A stretch of DNA of 63,049 nucleotides, the filler included, from Octopus bimaculoides (Eukaryota), in assembly GCF_001194135.2 (NCBI RefSeq). It is 3 parts of 3 records of this genome, joined end to end, with 100 filler letters (N's around TTAATTAATTAA, not from the genome) between each part and the next. Parts side by side here need not be neighbours in the genome. Positions count along the whole stretch, not along the records: positions 29,929 to 50,455 come from NC_068992.1; 2 more parts are not named here. One strand, 5' to 3'. This document shows, piece by piece, positions 37,071 to 50,555 of the stretch. Every line of letters begins with the position of its first letter. Position 1 is the first letter of the stretch. The notes below the pieces were generated by a model. That model was not told the origin of the DNA. It saw only the letters and a program-made list of their open reading frames with translations, and did no database searches. The position numbers and the translations under genes were made by a program.

Positions 37071-37678
37071 CACCCTCGGTTCACACACGTACTCACATAC
37101 GATATCTCATAGTCGATAAATAGATTTATTTGATTAAGTGTATGCCCCAGTTATTCCGTTAAACTGTAAGTGTAGGCAATCTTAAACAGAAGAATGTAGG
37201 GTATCGTCAATTTAATTGATCTCTTCTACAATATGGGTATCAATAAAATATTAACCTCGCGGGGAATGAAACCAAAAACGCAAAACTATCGATCTTACAC
37301 GTATTCTCAATCATAACCTTGAAATATATTCAATCGGCTTCTTCAGTCAATTCACCGTTCACATTCGCCCGATATATTAATTTTAAAAAGGAAAAAATAA
37401 CAAAAACAATTCAAACATGAACGAGATCCAGATTGCTATAAGGTTATAAACCTAATAGAAGATCTTGTCTCAGAAAATAAGCAATGCATTAATGATTCGT
37501 TATTAATAATCCAACTTACAATATCGGTATTCTTTGGTATTAAAATCCATAAAAGGAATATCGGTTCGTCTTCGGTTCCTTTTGATAAGATAAATCAATA
37601 ATATTATTAGGATCATAAAGTATTACAACGACCGCGGCGAAGTATGTAGTTCGTTTATCGTTGACATCGTTGTCACCG

Positions 37679-37717
37679 ATGGACGAATATGAAGATGGCC
37701 TGCAACGTCCATTGAAT
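37679..37717 (+). CDS. Candidate short first coding exon MDEYEDGLQRPLN
   Basis: CACCG-ATG-G context, donor AAT|GTAAGA, locally CpG-rich unique sequence; no homology recognised. Confidence 0.25.
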
Positions 37718-37814
37718 GTAAGAAATTAAATTTCGCAGGATATGCGTCTGCAGTAAGCTTACGGATATTATAGTCTGGAGTCGACGGAAATGTTGTGTGC
37801 GCGTGCGCACGTGT

Positions 37815-37831
37815 GTGTGTGTGTGCATATC

Positions 37832-37884
<53 letters not shown>

Positions 37885-38077
37885 ATATAAAGATAGACAG
37901 ATAGATATATAGATATATGGACAGACAGACAGATAGACAGACAAACAGACAGACATACAGACAGACACACATACCCACAGACAGACGCACAGGCAGACAG
38001 ACACACACAGGCAGATAGATAGATAGATAGATAGAAAGATAGATGCGTGTGTATGTATGAATATATACGGAACATTG

Positions 38078-38156
<79 letters not shown>

Positions 38157-38300
38157 GGTGTGCGTATGTGTGTATATTCTTATGCGTATGTATATGTATA
38201 TTTTTTTTATATATACGTGTATATATGTATGTATGTATGTATGTGTGTGTATGCATGCATGTATGTATGTATGTATGTGTGTGTATGTATGTGTATAAGC
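37815..38300. repeat. Compound (ATCT)/(AGAC)/(TA)/(GTAT) tract
   Basis: Directly visible. Confidence 0.9.
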
Positions 38301-39100
38301 ATGGACACACTTTCATCTTACGTTAACAAATTGACGTCTATAACGTGTCCGTACCTTTCTCTCTCTCTCTCTCTCTTAGTGAAGGATAAAATTGCGTATT
38401 ACGAATAGCGCCTTTAATACGCAGTTTTCAAATATCCCGTTCTGTTCTTTTATTGGTAATAGTAATATATTACGTAATATACTGGTTATATCACCTCTTG
38501 AGATGATTGATAAAGAGAGAGAGAAGGTAAAAGCTTTAGGGAGTACGTTATTAAATGCGCATATATAGTTTGCGAATGAAACCCTGATATAAGAAGCAGC
38601 ACATTTAATACATTCTGTAATATATACCACATAAATACAAGTCCTCATTGTAGAAAAGCCTGTTGGTAGTTGTGCATATTTTGTTGACGTGTGTAGGCGG
38701 ATCCCTTAACAAGTATTTTCTTAGGGAATGCCTGGAGTGCGCCTGTTATGTATATTCACTTTTTCCTTTATAAATTGCCTACCGGATTGCCACATCGTTT
38801 CTATCATCAAAGCGTGCTGTCTTTAGTAAGCAAGTGCTTTCGCCGGAGGTGGGAACCCTCAATGGGGATTTTTGAACAATACTAGGTTAACACATAAGTA
38901 TAGAAAGCATGCGGTCACACACATGCGTGTGTGTATTTACATATACATAATATATACATAATATATACATATATATGTATTTGTTTATATTTGTTTTCTA
39001 TTTATATATACAGACATATGAGTACATTTGTATGTGTGTGCGTAACTGTATGTATATATATGTATGTGTGTGTGTGTGCCTGTATGCGAGTATATATATG

Positions 39101-39151
<51 letters not shown>

Positions 39152-39687
39152 ACATATGTGTATGCATATATGTATATGCACGTCTACGCACACAGACGTG
39201 TGTGTGTGTGTGTGGCTGGCACGATATTCTAAATGTGTTCATCTGCAACATTGTGTGCTAAATAAATGCATTAAATAGGCACGATAAAGCACAGAAAACA
39301 TGATGGAGGAGTATAGCATAGAGAAGAGAAGTTCTCGAATTTAAAAACCTGATATCATATAACGTAAATGAAGATATAGAATTGACTGTTCAGTAAATGA
39401 CTGTCTCCAGTAAAATATTCGCATAATCGCAGCTAAGAATAGTATAAGCGGAATGAATCATCAACTAATACCGAATACATTTATATATATATATATATAT
39501 NNNNNNNNNNNNNNNNNNNNNNNNNNNNNNNNNNNNNNNNNNNNNNNNNNNNNNNNNNNNNNNNNNNNNNNNNNNNNNNNNNNNNNNNNNNNNNNNNNNN
39601 NNNNNNNNNNNNNNNNNNNNNNNNNNNNNNNNNNNNNNNNNNNNNNNNNNNNNNNNNNNNNNNNNNNNNNNNNNNNNNNNNNNNNNN

Positions 39688-39718
<31 letters not shown>

Positions 39719-40125
39719 TATAAACATGTCACTTTAACTTACTTAAGTTATACATACATATATATTTGTATATATATATATATGTATATATAATCATCTA
39801 TCTGTATGTATACATCCGATATGTGCGCGTGTGCACCAATGTATGATGATAATAAGCTAAGACATGTAACTTAAAATAACATGGTTTGGAAGAAAAAAGT
39901 ATAAATGTATATTAAGGAAAATGAAAGATCAATTCATTATTCAATATAATCCTCTTGGCATTGAGGGAAAATAAGCCAACGCTTTGTGGCAATAGAATCC
40001 GACTAATCTAAAAATAGATATGATCTCAAAAGCATTAATTCTTAGTAATTGGAAAAAGGATATTCTCTCTAGTGATAAAAGTATAGCTGTGTTTAAACAT
40101 TTCTGCCAAAATATTTGTCAACTAT

Positions 40126-40347
40126 AAGGCGGTGAGCTGGGGCCAAATGCTTAGCGGTGTTTCGTCTGCCGTTACGTTCTGCGCTCAAATTCCGCCGAGG
40201 TAAAATTTGCGTTTCATTTTCTCGGGGTCGATAAATTAAGTACCAGTTACGCACTGGTGTCACTGTAATCGACTTAATCCCGTTGCCTGTCCTTGTTTGT
40301 CACCTCTATGTTTATCCCCATGTGGGCAATAAAGAAATAAATACTTA
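40126..40347 (+). mobile_element. SINE family B variant with a different 3' tail and candidate TSD
   Basis: Family B body then ...CCCCATGTGGGCAATAAAGAAATAA; TCAACTATA repeated on both sides. Confidence 0.8.
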
Positions 40348-40355
40348 TCAACTAT

Positions 40356-40512
40356 AAGGCGACGAGCTGGCAGAATCGTTAGCACGCCGGGTGAAATGCT
40401 TAGCGGTATTTCGTCTACCGTTACGTTCTGAGATCAAATTCCACCGAGGTCGATTTTTGCTTTTAATCCTTTCGGGGTCGATAAATTAAGTACCAATTAC
40501 GCACTGGGGTCG
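40356..40512 (+). mobile_element. SINE family B, 3'-truncated
   Basis: Near-consensus head AAGGCGACGAGCTGGCAGAATCGTTAGCACGCCGG. Confidence 0.85.
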
Positions 40513-40829
40513 TAATATATATGTATATCTATGTACCATATATGTATATATATATGTTCCATTGCTATTATGTTAAGCTTTCGTATGTCCAAATTTGGCC
40601 AATTGCTTTTTTTTCAGTATATATTTTTGCTTGCAATAGCCGGTTGTTTTCGTCAAACTATCGTATATTCATCTGCTTCAGAAGCTAAGATATCAAAACT
40701 TATCCAAGTATAGTACAACGGTTTTGGAATGGAATGGTAAACTCACAGACATATATATGCATATATCCACTTATGTATATTCATGTATATGTATACGTGT
40801 TTTTGTGTAAATATATGTAAATGCATTAC

Positions 40830-40872
<43 letters not shown>

Positions 40873-41470
40873 TTGATTGTTCCTACATTAAACCTATGCT
40901 GACGTATTTTTGTCTTTAATGAATTACAAGTGAAACATTTACTAATATTCTGAGAACCGAAACGTGAAACAATAAAGAAATAAATAACTATACTATTAAA
41001 TAAATATAAGAATCAGTTGAAATGACTGTTGCAGACTTCGATCTTAGAATATAGTTCGGTCAGATGGCACATGAGCACAAATCTGATTTAAAATGCATTT
41101 GTACTGCTCACTTGGAGATTGACTCTAAGAACCAAGTCCCGTTTGCGTGTTGTGTCTGTCTGTCCATATCCATATAGGATTACCGAGAAAGTTTTACCAA
41201 GATTTGAAGTCATGCAATCTGAGGTCGAAATTTTGTTTCCTTACATCTTTACAAGCAACGGGAATAGTAACTACACAAACAATAACTTAGAGAGCTAATG
41301 GAATGGATAATAATGACAATAGTAATAATAATAATAACAATAATAATAACAGTAAGGAAAATAATAATTACAAAAAAAAATAATAATGAGTACAAGACCA
41401 AGAACAAGAAAACTACATATGATTTGTAGATAACCCAAAATTTGTTGCAACAATTCAATGTAGCATGCCA

Positions 41471-41510
<40 letters not shown>

Positions 41511-41529
41511 GTTTCAAATTTTGCCATAA

Positions 41530-41705
41530 CGGCAGCAATTTTGGGGAAGGGGATGAGTCGAGTAGAACTTGTACCTCTTTTATCGACTCCAAAAGTATGA
41601 AAATTAAAGTCGACCGCGGCGGGATTTGAATTCAGAACTTAACGACGGGCGAAACACCGCTAGGTTTTTCATCCGGAGCGTTAACGATTCTGCCAGCTCT
41701 GCGCC
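41530..41705 (-). mobile_element. SINE family B
   Basis: TTTTATCGACTCC...GGGATTTGAATTCAGAAC...GATTCTGCCAGCTCTGCGCC. Confidence 0.75.
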
Positions 41706-41736
41706 TTTCATTGATAATAATAATAGTAATAATAAT

Positions 41737-42135
41737 AAATGCCCTGGTGCAGCACCAGTCACTGGCTCCCATGACATCTAATCCTAACTGATTAGAAGTG
41801 TTATCATGTACATGTTTTGTCTTGGTATAAAAGAGGGGATATAGGAGATTACTTAATACCACAGATTTGTTTGTCAATTGCTTGACCGTAACCACTTGAG
41901 CATGTCCCTTGGTGGCTGACGATATGTGCATTTCCGATCACGAGCAGAAGTAGTGGGGGAGCATCAATAGCCATGTGTTGAGAGAAATTCTTTGGGATTT
42001 GAAGAATTCACCTCTTTACACTAACCTTATTCAGGGACCTATTGAGTGGGATGAGTTACTCGACCTGAAGAAAATTCTAACTGAACCCCACCTACAAGGC
42101 CATGCGCTGTATATCTTGAAATGAGGTCACCATCA
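41737..42135. mobile_element. Interspersed repeat family D, (AAT)n-flanked
   Basis: Extended similarity to 58544-58860 (GTCTTGGTATAAAAGA, CCCTTGGTGGCTGAC, ATAGCCATGTGTT); both preceded by AAT/AAC runs. Confidence 0.75.
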
Positions 42136-45100
42136 GCACAGATGTTCCTGACTGTGGTCCCCACTCTTGGTCTTACACCTTGATCTTCATTTTAAAGATG
42201 ACGCGCATAACATCAAATCTTCCCTATCTACAAATGAATGAGATATCACTTAAAATACCTACAGGGCTTAGGGATAAACGAGTCTTGTTCCCTTGACAAA
42301 GCACAGTTTGCTTACATTTGTTCTCTCATGCGACTCTGTTGGTGGCTTGCAATAGACTTTCGTCTGTCACACGTACATCAACTTAAGCTATGGGTCAGTG
42401 ATCATTCGTAGAACCTATAACAAAGTTTTTGAAGTTTTGAGGAATGATCTAATCTTTAACACATTTCTCCATTGTTGATACTAAAAAGTTTCGAAAGGAT
42501 TCAACGTGAATGTTATAACCACACTTGAAAAGATATGCACAACGACCTTACTTGGTTGCATTCATATATCTGTGTGTAGGAATGAGTGTCTGTGTGTGAA
42601 TGTGCAAGCTTGTTTGTGTCTACATGTTTACAAATTAAGCTACTCTTCGGAAATTAAGATAACAATTCCCACAAATTTCCACATGGAAATCGAACCTAAA
42701 TTTGCTTTCCACTTGATAGCTACTTAATCTTTCTTGTTTTTAATCGCATATGTATTTTCCATTAGTATAATCCGCTTCGAATATATGTATTTCCTTACTA
42801 AACGATTAAACTGTTAGTTATGCATCTATTGTTTCATATAGGATTAGCTCAATAATACAGATTCTGCCGAATGGAATTAGGTTCCTTGCCAATATAAATT
42901 GGATTCAATATGACTTTCATTTATACAGAAATAGTATAGATTTTACTTCTGTCTCACGCTTCTAAAAGTCCATCCTCCTTTATAACTAGATTTAAATAGG
43001 AAAACTTAAACAGTAAACATTTCAAAGCAGCTTCCTCTCATTCCTTCAGTACTAATACAAGAATATCCATTGACCTATTTAAAAGATATTTCAACTTGAA
43101 ATATATATTTAAAAAAACATACGCATTGTGGGCATACATCGGTGTCTATACCCATACGTATATACATATATATATACATACATAGCTTGATAGATCTCAC
43201 TAGACGACCATGCTTATGCTCTCCAAAAACAAGGTAGAGTTACTACATACCTAAGTAACTGGAGAAGCAGGGGTGCTTCTATGCTTCCATATTTTGATAG
43301 AAAGTAACAAACCAGATAAAGACTGTCAAACCACAATACGATTGCAATCCCGCTAAGTGCAATTTTAAATAAATCCCGAAGAAATAACACTCACATACAT
43401 ATAATACATACACAAATACACACACACACACACGCACGCACATACACACACACACACGCACACACACAAACACAGTCACACACGCACACGCACACACATA
43501 CATATACATATGTATATATACCTATATATATTACGTAAACCTTACTGACTTAAAGCATTTCAAAGTATCAATATTTGGATATATATATATANNNNNNNNN
43601 NATATATATAAACATATACATATATATACACACATACATACATACATACAGACAGACAGACATGCATGCATATACCCCGATAGAAAAAGACATAGATAGA
43701 TAAGATCAGAGGGAGAAAGAAAAAGTAGTTGGAATGACTTCGTTGATTTCCCAAATGGCGATTGTCTGTTTGGGAAACAACCGCAGGTATAAGAGAAAAG
43801 TAATCAAGTTTAATATGAATATATCTCTTCTATTTGACGTTTTGAGCACTCTTTAATACGTCCATACTAAAAACTATAATAATACTTACTCTTTAGTCAA
43901 TCATGTCTACCTCTGGGAAGGAAAGTAGTTTCCTTCAATTTATTTTAGCGGCTTCTAGACTACATTTTTTTTTACGAGAAGACATTGTTCACATCAAGAT
44001 TAACCAATTTTTTCTTTTTGTTTTTCGTTTTTGCTCGAATTTGGATCCGCCTGGCATTTTTATGTGAATAACGATAACCAGTTTGCTACGAGTTGATTCT
44101 GAGTGAAATGTAATGAGATGAATCTTCTCAAGTTTGTGTTTCAGATTTTATTTTATCGACATTGGAATGATACAAGACAAAGTTGAATTTGGTGCCATGT
44201 GAGCGCAGAATGCAAACGACCAAAGCTGCAAGGCTTTTAGTTGACGTTCCATGATTTTACTTCCCGGCCACTTAAAGAGCTAACTCCAAGTAGTTCAAAC
44301 AAAATATTATACGGCACATACGAAACACGCTGGTTAGTCACGATGCTTTTTCCCCTCACGCATCGCTGATACTTTCGTCTCACCACGTTTGTCTCAGCTG
44401 TTGCCCTCCGCGCTTCTGGTCCTGGTAGTTACCACAATACCAAACTGTTCCTACCCAGATAATCAAACCTTAAAATCTTCTTTCTGTCTATACATTTTCG
44501 ACATAATTTGATCTACAACAGTTTCAACTGAATGTTAACCGTTCAGTTTCGCCCGCCTCTATTGCCCAGCTATGATCATTGAGTGGTCACTTCCTTCAAA
44601 GTCAGCTAAGAAATAGATGTCTATGAATGAGGAGAATGTGGATAGAGAGAGAGAGGGAAGGAAATAAAGAAAGAAAGAAACAAACAAACAAACTAACTAA
44701 CAAACAAAGGGAAAGAGAGTCTTTTCTGAGAATGTTGTAATAAAAAAAGAGACAAGGTCACTTCATTAATTCTATTACACCCAGCCACAATATACTCATT
44801 AGCAATGTTACTGTGCTGTCACTGACGCACAGAAATGAGCTACTCCATCCTGTACTTCCTACTTGGAAGTTGGAAGCCTATTTTTTAAAAAATATCTAAG
44901 CATGTTTAGCTGTGGACACATTGGTGATATGAAGGCGGAATAAAGCCTACGAATCAATCATCGGTTGACCTGCTTTATATTGGCTCTGTCATCTAATAGC
45001 ACTGCTTTATATGCATCTTCTGTTCAACATAATGTGTCTCGCTAAAGCAGCTGACTTTATGCTATTCATTTGAATTTTGTTTTTGATTTCCATTTGAGAA

Positions 45101-46082
45101 CAAAAATGTATTTTGTAAAAGAATAAAATTGCGTCAAAGAGTCAATACATTAAAAGCGTTCTATCGTAAAGGATCCTTCACTCTTCACACCGTCACTGAA
45201 TAAAAACCAGTCAACTGCACCAACAAGGGAACATTTAGTTGGTCAGTCAACCATGTGGAGATAGCAGCCTGATAGCTAGAAATATCGGTGGCATACGTCT
45301 CGTTCAAATCACGTTCCGCCATCTTAAAAAAAATATATATTACACAAAAGGCATATTGGATAATGAGGTCCTAGAAAGAATATGTCTGAAAATAAAGATT
45401 GGACAGTTATGGATGGAATAATTTGGAACATAAATCTGCATCGATCAAAACTGATCCGGACCTAAATAACAATAACAACAATATAATCAGCCAACCTAGT
45501 GACAAAAACAGATTTCGAATAAAAATGTATAAATAAAGCATACAACTTACTAAGAATTTGGTTAGCTTTAATGATCATTCCTGGAAAGTTATATTAACCA
45601 CGTGATCAACCCAAACAAAATCTCTGTCTTCAACAGAATATTTGTTTATTTATTTTAAGTTTTCATATTTTTTCTATAATTTTCTCCCATATTTCGCTGT
45701 TATCGTCTTCTGCTTTATGAACAATGGCTAATGTGGAAACAGAAAAATGTCTTGCCGCCATTTTCTTGTACTAATTCTCTCGTTCTGTTTTGTTCTTATT
45801 CTACTCTGGTCTTTTTTAATCTATCAGAGAGTAATATTATTTTCGGGTTTTCTTCTTCAGCAATTTATCATTCATATTTTTCCCCCTCCATCATATGTTG
45901 TCTTCTGTTTTCTAATATTTCGTTCTTTCATCTTATTGTTTCCTCTTGTTATTGTTCGTACTCATCATCACCATTAACATCAACATTGTCATCTTCATTA
46001 TCATCACTATCATATTATAGCTGTCGTTGTTGTTGTTGTTGTTGTTGTTCTTGCTGTTATTGTTGTTGTTGTTGATGTTATT

Positions 46083-46210
46083 GAGTCGGCGAGTTGTCAG
46101 AATAGTTAGCAAACCAAACAAAAATTTCAGAGGCATTTAGTCCGTTTTTACGTTCTGAGTTCAAATTCTGCCAGTCTCTTTTCAAATTGCAGCGTGGTGC
46201 CAAATTTGAA
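46083..46210 (+). mobile_element. SINE family B, internally deleted
   Basis: GGCGAGTTGTCAGAATAGTTAGC...GTTCTGAGTTCAAATTCTGCC...GTGCCAAATTTGAA. Confidence 0.6.
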
Positions 46211-46279
46211 ATCATTATTATTATCATTATTATTGATGATGATAATAATAATATTGATAATGATAATGACCTCATTACT

Positions 46280-46423
46280 CAACAGGTACTTATTTTATCG
46301 ACCCCCAAAAAGATGAAAGGTAAAGTCTACCTCGGCGGAATTTGAACACGGAACGAGAAGACGGACGAAATGCTGCTAAGCATTCTGCCCGTCTTACTAA
46401 CTATTCTAGCAGGTCGCCGCCTT
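46280..46423 (-). mobile_element. SINE family B, 5' part
   Basis: GTACTTATTTTATCGACCCC...GCAGGTCGCCGCCTT. Confidence 0.75.
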
Positions 46424-47338
46424 AATAATCCCTTAACAGACTCTACAAACATCATTGAGTTCTCCAACCTGTTATTACGTTTTGCCGTTGTATATATTTC
46501 TGCTAGGTAGACAATCAAAATCATTCTCTCGTGCTTTGAGCTTGTGAAAGATTTCATCCAATAAAATACTACATAGTTCAAATATGACCAATCATAAGCG
46601 AAAGTTCAAGTAACAGTTACTGCTCATATTTCTAACAGAATATAAAAGACTTTTTGTGTCCTTTTTTCTTATATTTCATAATACTCTTTTATTCAATCTA
46701 TACTTGTAGTAGCATTTCAATTAATGCATATATCTCCGTCATCACTTGTCTCATTATGTATTATATCATTCTATTTAATTAACCCTCTCCCTGTTTATCG
46801 CTGTGTATATATAAATTTGCATATATATGTCTATATATGATTCTGATATCACAGAATGTTTTTTATTCTACCCTGCCTTTTTTTTTTGAAGAAGAGCCAC
46901 AACCTGAATTATGCAGTACTTCATATTTCTTTCTCGTTGCGTAAAACTAGTATAACAAAGTTTACCACTGTTTTGTGTTCTGTCAACCTTTACTTTTTAG
47001 GGGCGAAGGTTATTTTATTTTCTTATTATCTAACTTTTAGCACCTCTTCACTGGATTTATCACGCTGAAGCAAAATTAGTCCTAACTCTCTGGATAATAC
47101 TGAGTAACACATAAAAATATGACTATGTTAGTGTTAGACTGTATTTTTACTAACACTTCTATGTATGAATACGTGTGCATAGTCTATATTCTCAAATTTA
47201 ATATTGCATTTCTCTACCAAATTATCTAAAGACTTTCGTATTAAAGATTTTCTACATATCTATCGGTCTATCTATTACTCTACGAAACAATCAGTCTATC
47301 TGTCAGTCTATCTATCTGTCTATCTGTTTCTCACTCTG

Positions 47339-47381
<43 letters not shown>

Positions 47382-48229
47382 TTCTCTCTATACAAACACA
47401 CACACACACGCACATATAGTGTCCGTGTGATGATGAAATGCATCTATGTTATTTGATTAAACATATGTGCATATATGTGTAAGTGGGTGTGCACTGATGG
47501 ATGCTTGTAAGTCTATAGAGATATATACAGAGCTAGGGAATGTATGGATACAGACAAAATAGAAGAAGAAGTAAGAAAAATACGATAGACTGAAAAACGT
47601 ATTTGTACTTGTAGTGGTATCGTGGGGTCATAAATGTTAATTACAAAATTGATTTCACTGGCAAATAAGCTATTTCGTTCTCAATTGTTGTTCAGATTAT
47701 TTATTTGAAATTTAATTAATTTCTATAGATATTGCGTCGTCAATACAAACCCGATACCCATAATATAAACCCGCAAATATATAAATCACTTATCTATCTT
47801 CAAAGCAACATACAGCTCTTCACAACTTATTTATAAGTTCCTAGATGCGTACACACAAAAGCAAGCACATATGCACGGAGATTGATACAAGCACACACAT
47901 ATATCTCCGACACATGATCTTCTAAGCTTATGAATAGTAGTGTAAATGTAGTAGAAATATTTTTCACATTGACCTTAAAGATTACTGCCATATCTGTTGT
48001 GAGAACTTACTGTTAGATCAACATATGAAACCAGATTTCTTCTGAAGCCCTACCGCACACAGGGAAATTTCCATTCTGCTGAGTTTTATCTTTCACTTCA
48101 CTTGAATGAATCTCCTTGTTCGATTTTTGTGAATGATTTTCATGTTCATCCCTTCAGTATAAACGTATACACATCATCATCAAACAGAAACTGGATATGG
48201 AGGGCAGGATTATTATTTGAAAATCGTAT

Positions 48230-48323
48230 ATACATGTATACATACATATATACATATAGTTGTACGTATGATTGTATATATGTGCGCGCGCGTGTGTGTG
48301 TGTGCATATACATACATACATAC

Positions 48324-48396
<73 letters not shown>

Positions 48397-48555
48397 TATA
48401 TATGTATAGAAATACATACTGTATATGTGTATATTTATACATGCACAAATACACACCCACACGTATATATATGTGAGTGTATAGATATATGTGTGTATGC
48501 ATGTATGTATGGATGTATGTATGTATAAATATATATAGATAGATACATTTTTATG

Positions 48556-48629
<74 letters not shown>

Positions 48630-48660
48630 CATGCATACATACATGTATGTACCAGTATAT
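48230..48660. repeat. (TA)n/(GTAT)n tracts
   Basis: Directly visible. Confidence 0.9.
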
Positions 48661-49277
48661 GTTTGGAAGGAACATATTACCTTTTTAAATGTTTAGTGGT
48701 CGAATAGATTTCCAGATCAACAAATCGATTGGACTCTGTTTTACTGTCGTTTAGACCTATGATCAGGTTGGCAAAACATCGAAGTAAAGAATGCAGAGAA
48801 GAAGTAATGCTATTATTGAAACGTTTCAGTTCCTACAGTGTTTATGTGTTAATTTCCAAAGCAACGCAGCGATGCAGAGGAAGGGATGTGATAGCTTGTT
48901 TTGGGAATCTTTTTATTCCTCTTTCTTCCATCTAAATTTTGTGACGTTTCTCATGTTTCGTGATTCGGTAGTGAATCTGTGCCATTGTAGTAGAGTTAGT
49001 TACGGATTCGAATCACTTCAGCTAGGCTGGTCAGATACTGAAATTGTTAGCTACATCTTGGAATAGGTAGGTTGTTGAACAAAAGTGCTTGAGGTGTTTT
49101 AGCTGTATTCCATTCGATGAGAGATCAATTCACACTGTAGTCTTATTATTCTCTTTTCATCTTTCTGTGTGACTGATTAAATTCGTGTTTTTATAAGTAG
49201 GTCAGTTCGTATAGCGCAGTTTGATGGCCTATTATTTACGCTATAATCCTTTCTCTCAATATATATATATATACATA

Positions 49278-49377
<100 letters not shown>

Positions 49378-49654
49378 AACATATGTATATTTATATATAC
49401 ACACACGCACACACAGATAAATCGGTGTGTGTATGTGCGTCACAATGTACCAAAATTAGAAAATATATGTAGATAGATAGAGAGAGATAGAGATATAGAG
49501 AGATAGAAAAAAGTCGATCAAGAGTTTCTCCCCACGTGGTGAATTGTAGGGAAAAATATATAGAATAACAGAAAGAAAATGCACAGAATTTGTACATTTT
49601 AAAGAATAGAATATTATGATAGTCGACCGGTTTTGCGTTTCGTTAAGCATGACG

Positions 49655-49905
49655 GGCATATGGCGGAGTGGTTAAGAGCGCGGGCTACTAAACCCAAGAT
49701 TCCGAGTTCGATTCCAAGCAGTGACCTGAACAATAATAATAATAAAAGTAATAATAACATCGAAAGATACCTTAGGAATGAGAATTTCCCCAAGATACCT
49801 GATGAAGGCTGGAGGGTATATCAGCCGAAACCTTGTGTCAACAACAAACAAGAAGCGTGCAAATATCCGTCGATTGTAAATAATGTAAATAATGTAAATA
49901 ATGTC
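49655..49905 (+). mobile_element. tRNA-head/hammerhead element (family H), solo copy
   Basis: A-box TGGCGGAGTGG, B-box GAGTTCGATTCC, (AAT)n, hammerhead, (AAATAATGT)x3; CATGACG on both flanks. Confidence 0.85.
49794..49839 (+). ncRNA. Minimal type I hammerhead ribozyme motif
   Basis: GATAC-CTGATGA-A-GGCTG[GAGGGTATAT]CAGCC-GAAA-CCT-T-GTGTC; intact core and perfect stem II; stem III ACCT instead of ACGT. Confidence 0.7.
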
Positions 49906-50085
49906 CATGACGTTGAAATTTGTGAAAATATTCTTTTCTGTCCTTCGACACATTGTGCATGACAAGTTTAATTTATTTCACATGTGTTTGTAGTGCGTGT
50001 GCGTGTCTGTATGTATTTGCTAATGCAATAACTTATATCGCAATAATTCACATACCAGCCCAATGTTATTATATAATTATTCAAA

Positions 50086-50299
50086 GGCGGCGAACTAGCA
50101 GAAACGTTAGCACGCGGGACGAAATGCTTAGCGGTATTTCGTCTGTCTTTATGTTTTGAGTTCAAATTCCGCCGGAGTCGACTTTGCTTTTCATCGTTTC
50201 GGGTTCGCCAAATTAAGTATCAGTTGCGAACTGGGGTCGATCTAATCGACTGCCTCCCTTCCTACAAATATTTCGGGCCTTATGCCTAGATATAAAAAG
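50086..50299 (+). mobile_element. SINE family B, full length with 18-bp TSD
   Basis: ATTATATAATTATTCAAA at 50068-50085 and 50300-50317. Confidence 0.92.
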
Positions 50300-50369
50300 A
50301 TTATATAATTATTCAAAAGCGTTAGGAGGGTAAATTTCAGACAGATGTTCCATCTCTTTTTATTTGTAG

Positions 50370-50455
50370 ACGTCGGCCAATTACGATGAAGGAGACTCTT
50401 GTGCACAGTCTTTTCCAGTGTTGTATCAACAAGGAACAGCGAACTCCATTAATCC
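50370..50455 (+). CDS. Candidate exon cut by the contig end (phase 0 reads TSANYDEGDSCAQSFPVLYQQGTANSINP)
   Basis: Strong acceptor CTCTTTTTATTTGTAG; two of three frames stay open to the gap; no homology recognised. Confidence 0.3.
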
Positions 50456-50555
50456 NNNNNNNNNNNNNNNNNNNNNNNNNNNNNNNNNNNNNNNNNNNNT
50501 TAATTAATTAANNNNNNNNNNNNNNNNNNNNNNNNNNNNNNNNNNNNNNNNNNNN
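50456..50555. other. Artificial assembly spacer (44 N + TTAATTAATTAA + 44 N)
   Basis: Same 100-nt design as 29829-29928. Confidence 0.9.

Noticed and set aside
42316-42414. 99-nt minus-strand segment with good acceptor and donor
   Set aside because: Stops in all three frames; could only be UTR or non-coding, and there is no support.
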